A stretch of 26,013 bases of DNA from assembly GCA_030587475.2 (NCBI GenBank), contig JAUQYZ020000169.1, positions 1-26,013 on the forward strand, read 5' to 3'. How positions within the stretch are numbered: position 1 is the stretch's first letter; each line of letters opens with the position of its first letter. The translations under genes were made by a program, and so were the position numbers. This DNA is from Candidatus Sigynarchaeum calidifontis (GTDB taxonomy: Archaea > Asgardarchaeota > Lokiarchaeia > Sigyniarchaeales > Sigyniarchaeaceae). Of the stretch, positions 17,667 to 26,013 are shown piece after piece. Under the pieces are notes generated by a model. It was not told the DNA's origin. It made no database searches and was given only the letters and a program-made list of their open reading frames with translations.

Positions 17667-18752
17667 TCAGTAGGACAGCTTGAACCGCAAGAGCGCGGCC
17701 ATGCCGCCAAGACCCCTAATTTTCTTGCCTGCTTCGTGAAGCGTACTGATGACCGTGACCTTGCCGCGGGATGCTTCTACTTGCTTGAGCAGATCGAGCA
17801 TCGGGGCGTTCTTTTCCGCGTTGACCTTGCGCATGACCTCGTCCGTGACGAGCAAGTCCTGGATGGCCCCCATGTCTGCAGCTTTCTTGATCTCCTCCAT
17901 GCCGTAGGCGAAGTCCGCCGTGTCCCTGGCGACCCGCACGAGCAACTCGTCGACCAGCTTGGTCTCCTCGAGGATGCGCGAGTCTTTCAGCAGGACCTGG
18001 ACCGTCTGCTTGGCCAGCAGCTCGCGGATGCCGCTCTGCGTCGCGGTACTGGTGGACTCGGTCATGAGCATCGGCTTCAAGCCGGCGTTTTTCTTGATGC
18101 AGTACTCCATGAAGTGCTCCCGCGTGAAGCCGGGGCCCGTGATGATGACCTTCGTGTATTTCGCTTGGGCCATCATGTTCTCCATCATCTTGTAAACCTC
18201 GGCGTAAAAATTGTTGCGGGCTTCTGCATCATCCTTCACGTCGCCGTACCGCTTGCCCGGGATGTGTTCCGATACCTTGATGGATGTTTTCTGGTAATAA
18301 TCGCCGATCTCGCCGAACGTCGCCTCGCCCGCATCGATGGCGATGACGAGCACTTTCTGCACGACCTTCCGTCTCTCGGCATCTTCCAATAAATGCCATT
18401 CTTGGGACGTCCACTCGTCCTTGGTGAGGAAAAAAACCGTGCCCTCCTCGATGTTGAACGTGTGATAGGTATGCAGCTGCACGAGATCATCCGGTCCTTC
18501 GACGATCTTGCCCTTCGCGCGCAGCCGGTTCGCGAACTCGTGGAATTCTATCTCTTCGACCACGATCTTGAGATGGATAAGCCGTCTCTCGCCCTTGTCA
18601 TCGTCCCGGTCGGTGGTAATGATGCGGCGGCTGGTCTTGCCGTCGATGCGATCCCCGGGCTGTATCAAGTTGTAGAGGATCCAGAGGTCATCGAGGTTTT
18701 CGACCTGGATGCCGACCGTTTCCTTGCGGGACTTCTTCGAGATGATCTTCAT
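17667..18752 (-). CDS. pelA: Pelota/aDom34 ribosome rescue factor
   Basis: ENLDDLWILYNLI, EFHEFANRLR, YHT, IPGKR, GPGF, AYG and LGGMAALLRF. Confidence 0.97.
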   Translation of the reverse strand: MKIISKKSRKETVGIQVENLDDLWILYNLIQPGDRIDGKTSRRIITTDRDDDKGERRLIHLKIVVEEIEFHEFANRLRAKGKIVEGPDDLVQLHTYHTFNIEEGTVFFLTKDEWTSQEWHLLEDAERRKVVQKVLVIAIDAGEATFGEIGDYYQKTSIKVSEHIPGKRYGDVKDDAEARNNFYAEVYKMMENMMAQAKYTKVIITGPGFTREHFMEYCIKKNAGLKPMLMTESTSTATQSGIRELLAKQTVQVLLKDSRILEETKLVDELLVRVARDTADFAYGMEEIKKAADMGAIQDLLVTDEVMRKVNAEKNAPMLDLLKQVEASRGKVTVISTLHEAGKKIRGLGGMAALLRFKLSY

Positions 18753-18758
18753 GGGGGA

Positions 18759-19781
18759 TCAGGCGGTTCGCTTCTTGGCGAAGTATTCGATGGCAGCCTC
18801 GAACGCGTCCTTGTTCGGCAGGCCGGGGAAGTGCTTGTTGAACGCCGCTTTCGCCTCGTCCGCGTAGCGTTCGGCCATCTCTTCTGCAAAGGCAATGGAT
18901 CCCCGTTTTTTCATCAGGCCGATGATGAACTCGACATCCTTGGCTGTTTTTTCCGCCCGCGGCTTGTTCATGATCTCGAGCACCTTCGCGTGCTCGTCCC
19001 CCGCGGTGTGCTTGATCAAGTGGATGAGCATGATCGTTCGCTTGCCCTCGAGGATATCCCCGCCGATCTCCTTCCCGTAAACCGATCCCTTGCCCACGAG
19101 GTTCAAGATGTCGTCGCGGATCTGGAACCCCTTCCCGAGCGGGATGGCAAATTGGCTTATGTGTTCGAGCGAGCGGTCATCCGCGCCCGCGATGATCGCC
19201 CCGAGCCGGATCGGGCCGGCGATCGTGTACTCGCACGTCTTCCCGTACACGATTTGCTCGTAGTGGCTGTAATCGAGCTGGTCGAGGGGGATCTTGCCGA
19301 GAAAGGTCAGCGAGTTCTCGAGATGCTGGCCCTTGGTCGTGATCTCGAGAAACCGCTGGAACTCGCCCATGACGCGGAAGGTGAGATCGTCGCCGAGGAT
19401 GGGACGGTTGGCAAGCAGCACTTTCCACATGATCACGTGCAAGGCATCGCCCGCGTTGATTGCAAGCTCGTTCCCGTAAATTTTGTGCAAGGCAGGCTTG
19501 CCACGGCGTTCCTCGGAATCATCCTCGAAATCATCATGGATGAGGATCCAATCCTCTGAAATTTGCATGGCCGCGGCCGTCCGGACCGCCTTCAAGGGAT
19601 CGCCACCAAATGCTTCGCACCCGAGCAGCACCAGCGTGCCCCTGCCGTATTTTCCTTGTCGTGTTGGATAATCCCGGGTGATCTCCACGAAATCGAGAGG
19701 CCCTTCTGTCGGAAGGAATGCCTGGACCTCCTTCCAGATGATGCCCTTTTTTTCTGCGAGGATATCAGCGAAATTGACCAT
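18759..19781 (-). CDS. idsA: Short-chain trans-polyprenyl diphosphate synthase (probable GGPP synthase)
   Basis: GKYGR, first Asp-rich motif DDFED followed by RRGKP, AINAGD, GQ, KT and second motif FQIRDDILN. The bulky Trp five residues before the first motif indicates a short-chain product. Confidence 0.9.
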   Translation of the reverse strand: MVNFADILAEKKGIIWKEVQAFLPTEGPLDFVEITRDYPTRQGKYGRGTLVLLGCEAFGGDPLKAVRTAAAMQISEDWILIHDDFEDDSEERRGKPALHKIYGNELAINAGDALHVIMWKVLLANRPILGDDLTFRVMGEFQRFLEITTKGQHLENSLTFLGKIPLDQLDYSHYEQIVYGKTCEYTIAGPIRLGAIIAGADDRSLEHISQFAIPLGKGFQIRDDILNLVGKGSVYGKEIGGDILEGKRTIMLIHLIKHTAGDEHAKVLEIMNKPRAEKTAKDVEFIIGLMKKRGSIAFAEEMAERYADEAKAAFNKHFPGLPNKDAFEAAIEYFAKKRTA

Positions 19782-19812
19782 GGTTCATCTCGGGACTTGA
19801 GTGAAACGTGGT

Positions 19813-19857
19813 AAAAAAACGAAAGGGGAAAAAAAAACGGGGATGGAAAAAGGAAAA
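19813..19857 (-). terminator. Oligo-T terminator tracts after rpl12
   Basis: Several A5-A9 runs on + (T-tracts on -) directly after the rpl12 stop. Confidence 0.55.
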
Positions 19858-19858
19858 T

Positions 19859-20188
19859 TCAACCGAACAAGGCGTCCAAGCCCACGGGCTCCTCTTCCTT
19901 CTTCTCCTCTTCCTTCTTTTCTTCTTTCTTGCCCTTACCTTTCTTTTCCTCGGCGGGTGCAGCGGCTGGTGCGGCTGCAGGCGCAGCTACGGCGGCGACA
20001 GGCGCGGCCATCATGGTCGCGCTGGCAAGCACTTCCTTGAGGTTCATCTCGCCAACGGCCTTCACGAGGGTCTTGATCTGGGCCTTATCAGCACTGCCAC
20101 CGGCAGCCTTGACGATTTTCTCGACCGCATCCTCGCTGATTTCCTTGCCAAGGGCGTGAAGCAGAAGAGCGGAATAGACGTTCTCCAT
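19859..20188 (-). CDS. rpl12: 50S ribosomal stalk protein P1 (L12p)
   Basis: [11 protein letters not shown], Ala-rich hinge and acidic tail ending GLDALFG. Confidence 0.97.
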   Translation of the reverse strand: MENVYSALLLHALGKEISEDAVEKIVKAAGGSADKAQIKTLVKAVGEMNLKEVLASATMMAAPVAAVAAPAAAPAAAPAEEKKGKGKKEEKKEEEKKEEEPVGLDALFG

Positions 20189-20257
20189 GATTCATCACTC
20201 CATGTTTTTTTTGTGGTTGGTGGTTGATCGTGATATTCATTCACGCGTGTTCGACGT

Positions 20258-21250
20258 TCAGCCAAATAGATCGCCCAGGCCGACATCCTCCTTCTTTTCC
20301 TCCTCCTTGGGCGCCTCCTCCTTTTTCTTCGTGGAGTCGTCCTTGGCGGCGGGTGCCTGGGCAGGGGCCGCTGGTGCTACCAGTGGTTTCCCCGTGACCC
20401 TCGCGTTGAGCACGAGCGCCTCGGCTTGCGCCTTCGCGAGGTAATCCTTCATGAGTTCCGGTATGATGATCGGCAATTTCAAGGCAAGGGCCTTGGCCTT
20501 CAAGAATGCCCTTTGGATGACGATTTTCGCGTTCTCGGGCGTCACGATGCCCGCTTCGAGGCATAGCTTGAGCGCGTTGGACTGCGCGGCGAGGAACATG
20601 TTCTTGAACGCGTCGATGTCGATCGTGAGCATGCTCTTGTCGAGTACCTCGCCGTTCTCGTACGCCACGTACAAGTCCATCACGACCTCGATGGGCTCGA
20701 TGTTGAGCTTCGTGAGCACGTTCGCGACCTTGCTGTCGACCGCTTGGCCGGCCTTCACGACGACGCAGTCTTTTGTCACCCATATGGTGCCGTCTTGGGT
20801 TCTCGTCGCCAGGCCAACCGCGTTCAGCTCCGTGATGGCGGGTCCCGGGGGAAGCTTCGTGTTCCCGGCCGGTATTACCAGATCCTTCTCCATGACCTCG
20901 CCGATCTTGGCGCGAATCCTCGTCTTGTTTTCATCGAAGATCTTGCGGACCTTGATAGCTGGAAGGTTCGTGAACACGAGCGCGGACGGGCCGGTCTTTT
21001 CCGTGAAATATTTCATCATGGCGGCGATGCCCGGCTTCCCGTTAACCTTTTCCAGCGCCCGCCCGATGACGGACTTCTTGGCCATGCGGATGAGCACCGT
21101 GCCGCGGAGCTTGGCGCGGAGGGAAGCGATCTTGGCCGAGCCGATCTTCGACATCTTCACCAGGCCGATGGTATTGTAGGCCTCGCAAAGGCTTGTGATT
21201 TCGGCAACCGCCTTGAGCTTGTTCTCGGAAATGGTTCTTGCTTGGCTCAT
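20258..21250 (-). CDS. rplP0: 50S ribosomal protein L10/P0 (uL10)
   Basis: LRAKLRG, ALVFTN, IPAGNT, PGP, LNIEP and C-terminal GLGDLFG; ATG 21250 overlaps the rpl1 stop (ATGA). Confidence 0.95.
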   Translation of the reverse strand: MSQARTISENKLKAVAEITSLCEAYNTIGLVKMSKIGSAKIASLRAKLRGTVLIRMAKKSVIGRALEKVNGKPGIAAMMKYFTEKTGPSALVFTNLPAIKVRKIFDENKTRIRAKIGEVMEKDLVIPAGNTKLPPGPAITELNAVGLATRTQDGTIWVTKDCVVVKAGQAVDSKVANVLTKLNIEPIEVVMDLYVAYENGEVLDKSMLTIDIDAFKNMFLAAQSNALKLCLEAGIVTPENAKIVIQRAFLKAKALALKLPIIIPELMKDYLAKAQAEALVLNARVTGKPLVAPAAPAQAPAAKDDSTKKKEEAPKEEEKKEDVGLGDLFG

Positions 21251-21924
21251 AACAGCCTGATCGCCTCCCCCATCGTGGTTTTCACGTAGATTGACTTGAT
21301 ATTCGCCTTGCCCTTCTCCAATTTTTGCTCGATCCAATCTAGCGATGCTTTAAGGTTTTGGGCGAGTTTTTTCACGTCCATGGCCTTGTTCCCGATCTTG
21401 TACTGGATCAAGGGGAACTTCTGGAGCTTTATGCGCACGACACGCTTGTACCTCTCAATGGTGGGCGCGATGCTGTCACCCGGGTTGATGACGCCATAGC
21501 CTTGCGGCTGCGGGCGAGGCATCTTGCCGTGGGTGCCGAACAGCTTGCCGAGGTTCTTCGCCACGAGCTTCATGGTCTCGGTATTCGCCACGAAATACTC
21601 GTACTTGTTCACGAATTTTCGCTTCACTGCCTTCTCCGCCTTGCCCATGGCGTCCATCGCGTCCTTTCCCAAGGCATCGACTTTAAGATTGCTGGCCTGA
21701 ACGAGCTGGTCGCCTTCAACGAGAAAGCACACGGATGTCTTCTCGTCCACGGTATTGGGCAGCTCGACCTCGTTGTTGAAGCGCTTGTTCGGATCCTTGA
21801 GATTGACGTTCTTGAGGTTCACGATGACGTCGATCGTCTCGACGAACTTGCGTTTCTTCTTGGCCTCGCTCTTGGCGATGGCTTCTTTCAAGCCTTTTTC
21901 GATGTCGCTCAATTGCAATGACAT
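21247..21924 (-). CDS. rpl1: 50S ribosomal protein L1 (uL1)
   Basis: RKFVETIDVIVNLK, GKMP and IYVKTTMG. Confidence 0.97.
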   Translation of the reverse strand: MSLQLSDIEKGLKEAIAKSEAKKKRKFVETIDVIVNLKNVNLKDPNKRFNNEVELPNTVDEKTSVCFLVEGDQLVQASNLKVDALGKDAMDAMGKAEKAVKRKFVNKYEYFVANTETMKLVAKNLGKLFGTHGKMPRPQPQGYGVINPGDSIAPTIERYKRVVRIKLQKFPLIQYKIGNKAMDVKKLAQNLKASLDWIEQKLEKGKANIKSIYVKTTMGEAIRLL

Positions 21925-21930
21925 TGCTCA

Positions 21931-22434
21931 TCACTCCTTCAGCAAGTCGTCGTATTCGCCATCGTCGATCGCCTGCTGGACGATCCGCGGGTCCTTGCCA
22001 CCATCGACCGTGACGCCCGTGCTCACGCACGTGCCCAAAACAGTCTTCACGGCAGCCTTCAAGCTCTTGACGTTCATCTCGCCACGCTTCATCTTCGCGA
22101 GCTTGACCGCGCCTTCCATGGACAAGTCCCCGACCTTGGTCTCGTGCGGGGTGCCGCTGCCTTGCTCCGCGCCGATTTCACGCAATATCAAGGCGGATGT
22201 CGGCGGGTTCTTGACCTCGATACGGAAGCCGGCCGGTTTCTTGCTCTTGTCTACCCAGACCACGACCGGAACCTTGAGCCCCGCGAATTGCTGCGTGAGC
22301 TCGTTGATCTTCGCGACGACCTGCCCCGCGGGAACCCCCAAAGGTCCAAGCGCCGGCCCGAGCGGGGGGCCTGCGGTAGCCTGTCCTCCGACGATCAAGG
22401 CTTCTACAGGTATTTCTTGACTCGACAATTCCAT
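21931..22434 (-). CDS. rpl11: 50S ribosomal protein L11 (uL11)
   Basis: GGQATAGPPLGPALGPLG, PPTSALI and GTCVSTGV; start may be TTG 22428. Confidence 0.97.
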   Translation of the reverse strand: MELSSQEIPVEALIVGGQATAGPPLGPALGPLGVPAGQVVAKINELTQQFAGLKVPVVVWVDKSKKPAGFRIEVKNPPTSALILREIGAEQGSGTPHETKVGDLSMEGAVKLAKMKRGEMNVKSLKAAVKTVLGTCVSTGVTVDGGKDPRIVQQAIDDGEYDDLLKE

Positions 22435-22442
22435 CACTGTTG

Positions 22443-22520
22443 ATATCCGGTCATCGTAGACCGAATATGGTCGTGCAATTCACGTCACGTGCCCATCGGG
22501 CTCGCGACATTGCTCCTACC
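22443..22520 (-). promoter_or_regulatory. Structured 5' leader of the rpl11 operon (two adjacent hairpins; possible L1-binding site)
   Basis: Minus-strand RNA GGU-AGGA-GCAAU-GUCGCG-A-GCCC-GAU-GGGC-A-CGUGAC-GUGA-AUUGC-ACG-ACC, followed by the 10-bp hairpin AUAUUCGGUC/GACCGGAUAU. Confidence 0.5.
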
Positions 22521-22641
22521 GCATCCCGCTCCGAGTCGACAGAACGAGGGGGTAGTATGTCGAATAAGTAAGCAGTTGATAAAAAGAAATATTACGCGGT
22601 CGTGCGCGTTATCATCGAATCATCTCTTCAGATTCGATCGA

Positions 22642-23136
22642 TCAATGGAACGTCCTCGCTGTCTCGAATGTGATGCCAAGTCCTTTCTTAAGCTCGGCGC
22701 ACAGCTTCTGTAGAGTTTTTTCTTGCTTCATTTCTTCCTGGATCTTCCACTCGTAATCGATTAACGTTGCTTGTCTTAAATCGCTGTTGGCTATCGTGAA
22801 ACCAAATTCCCCCTCGATATCACTTCCCGCAGGGAAAATTTTTATGTGCTGGCGTTTTGCGCATTCATCATTCTCGCCAACACGTTCTAAGAATGGTAAT
22901 GAACCTATCCGCTTGATATCGTATGAAATAACGATCGGCTCTCCATTTGTATCAAAGATGGGGGAACCATTTTGGTCAAATCTAATTTTTTCGACTGTCG
23001 CATCCAACCGTTCTTTTTCTTTCTTGTCGATGATTCCAAATTTTCCCAACAAAGAGATAACTTGGTGTAATTGAGATCTATTCGGAATGAATTTCGGATC
23101 CCTTGTTCCGAGCACGTTTTCTGAATACACGCCCAT
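22642..23136 (-). CDS. Hypothetical protein (low GC)
   Basis: 164-aa ORF with SD GAGGAG, 14 nt downstream of the 452-aa ORF; no motif recognised. Confidence 0.7.
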   Translation of the reverse strand: MGVYSENVLGTRDPKFIPNRSQLHQVISLLGKFGIIDKKEKERLDATVEKIRFDQNGSPIFDTNGEPIVISYDIKRIGSLPFLERVGENDECAKRQHIKIFPAGSDIEGEFGFTIANSDLRQATLIDYEWKIQEEMKQEKTLQKLCAELKKGLGITFETARTFH

Positions 23137-23150
23137 AATTCCTCTCCTCG

Positions 23151-24509
23151 TTAAATTTTTTCATTCAAAGCCTCACCACCGAACTGCATCAAAACGGTGT
23201 CGAGCATTTTCTTAGTAATATGAAGAATATCATGGCCCACATCAACGCATAATTCTTTGAACATTTGCTCATAAACATTTTTATCATGATCCAAGAATTC
23301 TCGTGCATCAACATTGATGTTATACATTCGATTCAATACATTCAAGAATGCCGCAATTTCTGCTGCCAATATAGGATAAGTTGTATTAAGCTTGAGGATC
23401 CAGAGTGGGAGTTTTATCGCACCCCCTGCACAATCGATATCATCAATAAGGCAATCTTTTCCTTCATATGTGAATCCACACCGGTAATTGCCCGTTTTGT
23501 CTATTTTTTTAGCATCGATAAAATCCCAACTAATATCAGTTCGTTTGTATTCTACGATGATATTATCGATATTTACTGCCACTTTCACATCCCGATAAAA
23601 GAATTTGGTGGATATATCGTCAATTAGCATGCTAGAACCAATGAGATCTTCGCAACCTGAATCTTTCAAGATATACAAAATGAATAACTTAACTGAACCA
23701 AATCTTTCGATAGAATTTAACACTAAACGAGCAATATTCCAGTAAACGCTCCGTTTTCTATTTTTCTTGTTGTTGATCGTTCCATGAACAATCGCTATGC
23801 AATCCTCCTCCTTCTTGTCTTCGGATCTTCCTTTCATCAAACAGCCATCGGCAAAGATTTGTTGCCATTCTTGGGGATGTGCGATGAACTTGTTAGGAAT
23901 GAATTGGATGGGAAGGTCGGACTGCAGATTTTTTTGCAGTGCTCGAAGAACGCCTTTGGGTAAGTCTTTGAAAAAAGCCACGTCAGCGGGATTCAGCCCA
24001 TTTAATAAAACTTTCTCAAAATTTTGAATGAAATCATTAAGAAAGTGTTGAACATGACGCACTGCGTTCCAGGCAATCAAATATTTACGTGCAAATTCGC
24101 TCTGGAAAGTTCTCGCATCTATATAATCGGGAAGTTTTCCATTTTTAACCAAATATGAAAAGCTCGTTTCTGTCATGTCATTATAGCTCATGAGCAATGC
24201 CAGCGGGCCAAATGCATGAACTTTTTGAGAATATTGTGAATGCCCCGCAGAGTTCAACAATTCAAGGAGCATTGAAGCAAGTGGCATGTCCTTTTTCAAG
24301 AACCCGTATTGTTCCCAGAATTGGAACGCCATTTCAGGAATGTAAACCGCGAGTTCCGTTTCGATGTGATATTCCATAGATCGCGTTATATCCTCGCCAT
24401 GCCGCAGTGCATCTTCGATTTCCAGGTAAGGAAGGATAACGTTGTCTATCAAGCACAAATAACCCTTATTTATTCTTCTAAATGGAGGCCCTTCCATTAT
24501 CATTTCCAC
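23151..24509 (-). CDS. Hypothetical protein (low GC)
   Basis: 452-aa ORF in AT-rich DNA, too long to arise by chance; start uncertain (GTG 24509, ATG 24503 or ATG 24497). Confidence 0.8.
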   Translation of the reverse strand: MEMIMEGPPFRRINKGYLCLIDNVILPYLEIEDALRHGEDITRSMEYHIETELAVYIPEMAFQFWEQYGFLKKDMPLASMLLELLNSAGHSQYSQKVHAFGPLALLMSYNDMTETSFSYLVKNGKLPDYIDARTFQSEFARKYLIAWNAVRHVQHFLNDFIQNFEKVLLNGLNPADVAFFKDLPKGVLRALQKNLQSDLPIQFIPNKFIAHPQEWQQIFADGCLMKGRSEDKKEEDCIAIVHGTINNKKNRKRSVYWNIARLVLNSIERFGSVKLFILYILKDSGCEDLIGSSMLIDDISTKFFYRDVKVAVNIDNIIVEYKRTDISWDFIDAKKIDKTGNYRCGFTYEGKDCLIDDIDCAGGAIKLPLWILKLNTTYPILAAEIAAFLNVLNRMYNINVDAREFLDHDKNVYEQMFKELCVDVGHDILHITKKMLDTVLMQFGGEALNEKI

Positions 24510-24579
24510 CAGAATTGAATTTCACAACTATCTTTTTCCTTAGATTTATTAAATACAACTAATCGGGAAAGTGAAGAAA

Positions 24580-24632
24580 ATCGAATTGAGATATCGAGGT
24601 GATATCGAATCGAGATATCGAATCGAGATATC
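24580..24632. repeat. Short tandem repeat array with a (GA)GATATCGAATC-type unit
   Basis: GATATC palindromes start at 24590, 24601, 24614 and 24627 (spacing 11, 13, 13). Confidence 0.8.
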
Positions 24633-24969
24633 TTGACCCAAAACACGGGGGCTCGACCCGGATCCGTTCCCCCTTGTGCACCGGCACCAATATTATTCGA
24701 CCCCACTTGTCCATCCCCTTCGTATCGGTTGATTCAATCATGCTGATGCTGAAGATATCAAAATGATTCGATCTAATGAAGTTTACATTTCGGTGGGCTT
24801 CCCGTGAGCGAGATATAGCTGACATATTTTATCCGCGTAGGGTCTGCTTTTTTTTGCACGGGCCATGACATGCCATGATAAGGACCACTTTTTATCTTGG
24901 CCGAAAACATGTCCGGCGCGACTCTTAGCCCGAAAGGCCAGGAATTGTTTGAAATTCATTTAAAATCAG

Positions 24970-25251
24970 GTGAAACGCTTTTTTTTTCGATCAAACAGGG
25001 ACAGAACCGGACTCATTGTCTCTTACATCAACATCTTGAAGTTCAAGGAATATGGCTTGGGCCCTTCGGCCTTTAACGCTGTCAACACGCCACAGCAAGT
25101 GGCTTTCTCACCCCATCAATGTCCCCTTTGCTCTAGTTTGATTGTAGAAAATCATTGTTCAAGTTGTGGAACGAAATGGTGTCCTACTTGCGGTCAATGG
25201 AACGATGCATCCGCTGAAAGATGCATCACGTGCGATGACAGCCTGGTATAG
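24970..25251 (+). CDS. Small double zinc-ribbon protein
   Basis: Four CxxC knuckles: CPLC, CSSC, CPTC and CITC; start uncertain. Confidence 0.7.
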   Translation: MKRFFFRSNRDRTGLIVSYINILKFKEYGLGPSAFNAVNTPQQVAFSPHQCPLCSSLIVENHCSSCGTKWCPTCGQWNDASAERCITCDDSLV

Positions 25252-25463
25252 TAATTCAAGGCCTCTGGTCGCTGGCTGTTTTCTATTTCTAGCTTGTCGT
25301 GTCATGTAGCCACACGCTTACAGGTTTCATCATCGTGAAGACCAATCCCCAAGATATGAAGATCAGCCACGATGAGCACCAAGAATCTAATCAATTTCTT
25401 GGATCAATTGACTTAATCCGTACTAAAAAACAATAAGAATGAAAAAACAGCAAGTGTGGGACG

Positions 25464-26013
25464 TCAAGGGTTTTCATCAGGCACGTCATCATCCATTTCT
25501 TGCGGGGCATTCTGGATAAATTCCTTGATGGCATTCACGTCGAATTTTTCCATCGACTCGATCTTCTTGATGATCGAGTCGAGCATCGTCTTGGTTTGCT
25601 CCACGCGTTTGATACGGTATTCGAGGCGGTCCATGAACCGCTTTACCGAATGCCGGAAACCCTGGAAATAGTCCAGCGCGTCTTCCTTCGACTTCAACGT
25701 GCCGACGTGCTCGAGCATGCGCTGCCGGTGGCGCGGCCGCCGGAAGGGGTTGCCGTGGAGGTCGGGCGGGGCCATCTCGGACAGGATGGAGAACCGGCTC
25801 GCCCAGTCCTCCTTGAGCCGTTCCACGTACTGCTTGCCCTTGTCGGTGATCGTGTAGTATTTCTGGTTCCGGCCGTCTTTCACGTCCTCGCGGGTCGCCA
25901 CGTAGCCTAGTTCCTCCAGCTCGTCGAGCGTCCGGACGAGATTACCGCGAGGAATGGCGTATTTTTCTTGCAGCTGGTAGCCCGTGATACCCTTGGGCTC
26001 GTCGGCGATGAGC
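25464..26013 (-). CDS. PadR-family winged-helix regulator (5' end outside window)
   Basis: The frame is open to the window edge: ITGYQLQEKYAIPRGNLVRTLDELEELGYV...KYYTITDKG, followed by a coiled-coil tail. Confidence 0.85.
   Translation of the reverse strand, partial: LIADEPKGITGYQLQEKYAIPRGNLVRTLDELEELGYVATREDVKDGRNQKYYTITDKGKQYVERLKEDWASRFSILSEMAPPDLHGNPFRRPRHRQRMLEHVGTLKSKEDALDYFQGFRHSVKRFMDRLEYRIKRVEQTKTMLDSIIKKIESMEKFDVNAIKEFIQNAPQEMDDDVPDENP

Noticed and set aside
21251-21337. N-terminal extension of rplP0
   Set aside because: Overlaps rpl1; the ATGA-coupled start at 21250 is more plausible.
24580-24632. CRISPR array
   Set aside because: Units are only 11-13 bp with no unique spacers, and there are no cas genes.

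Overview
Archaeal chromosomal window, most likely from an Asgard (Lokiarchaeia-like) genome. This is inferred from gatDE, pelota, archaeal rplP0/rpl12, cdhD and a Rag-like GTPase with a roadblock-type C-terminal domain. The housekeeping backbone is rpl11-rpl1-rplP0-rpl12, a polyprenyl synthase, pelota, gatE-gatD and cdhD. Accessory genes are a secreted Ca-binding repeat protein, YdcF, a TcmP-like fusion, VapBC, a frameshifted ParE toxin, an Eis-like GNAT, an ABC-2 exporter, a TIM-barrel protein, two low-GC hypotheticals, a Zn-ribbon protein and a PadR regulator. The most striking signal is in the apparent intergenic gap at 7.3-8.0 kb. A 54-aa single-transmembrane ORF ends ...GGG-UGA-His-Gly-UAG and is followed 46 nt after the UGA by a eukaryote-type SECIS-like hairpin (AUGA-N11-AAAA...GA) and an oligo-T terminator. 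It is a candidate membrane micro-selenoprotein with a SelK/SelS-like GG-Sec tail. A diverged tandem copy about 380 bp downstream has TGG in place of the UGA and has lost the SECIS GA core.
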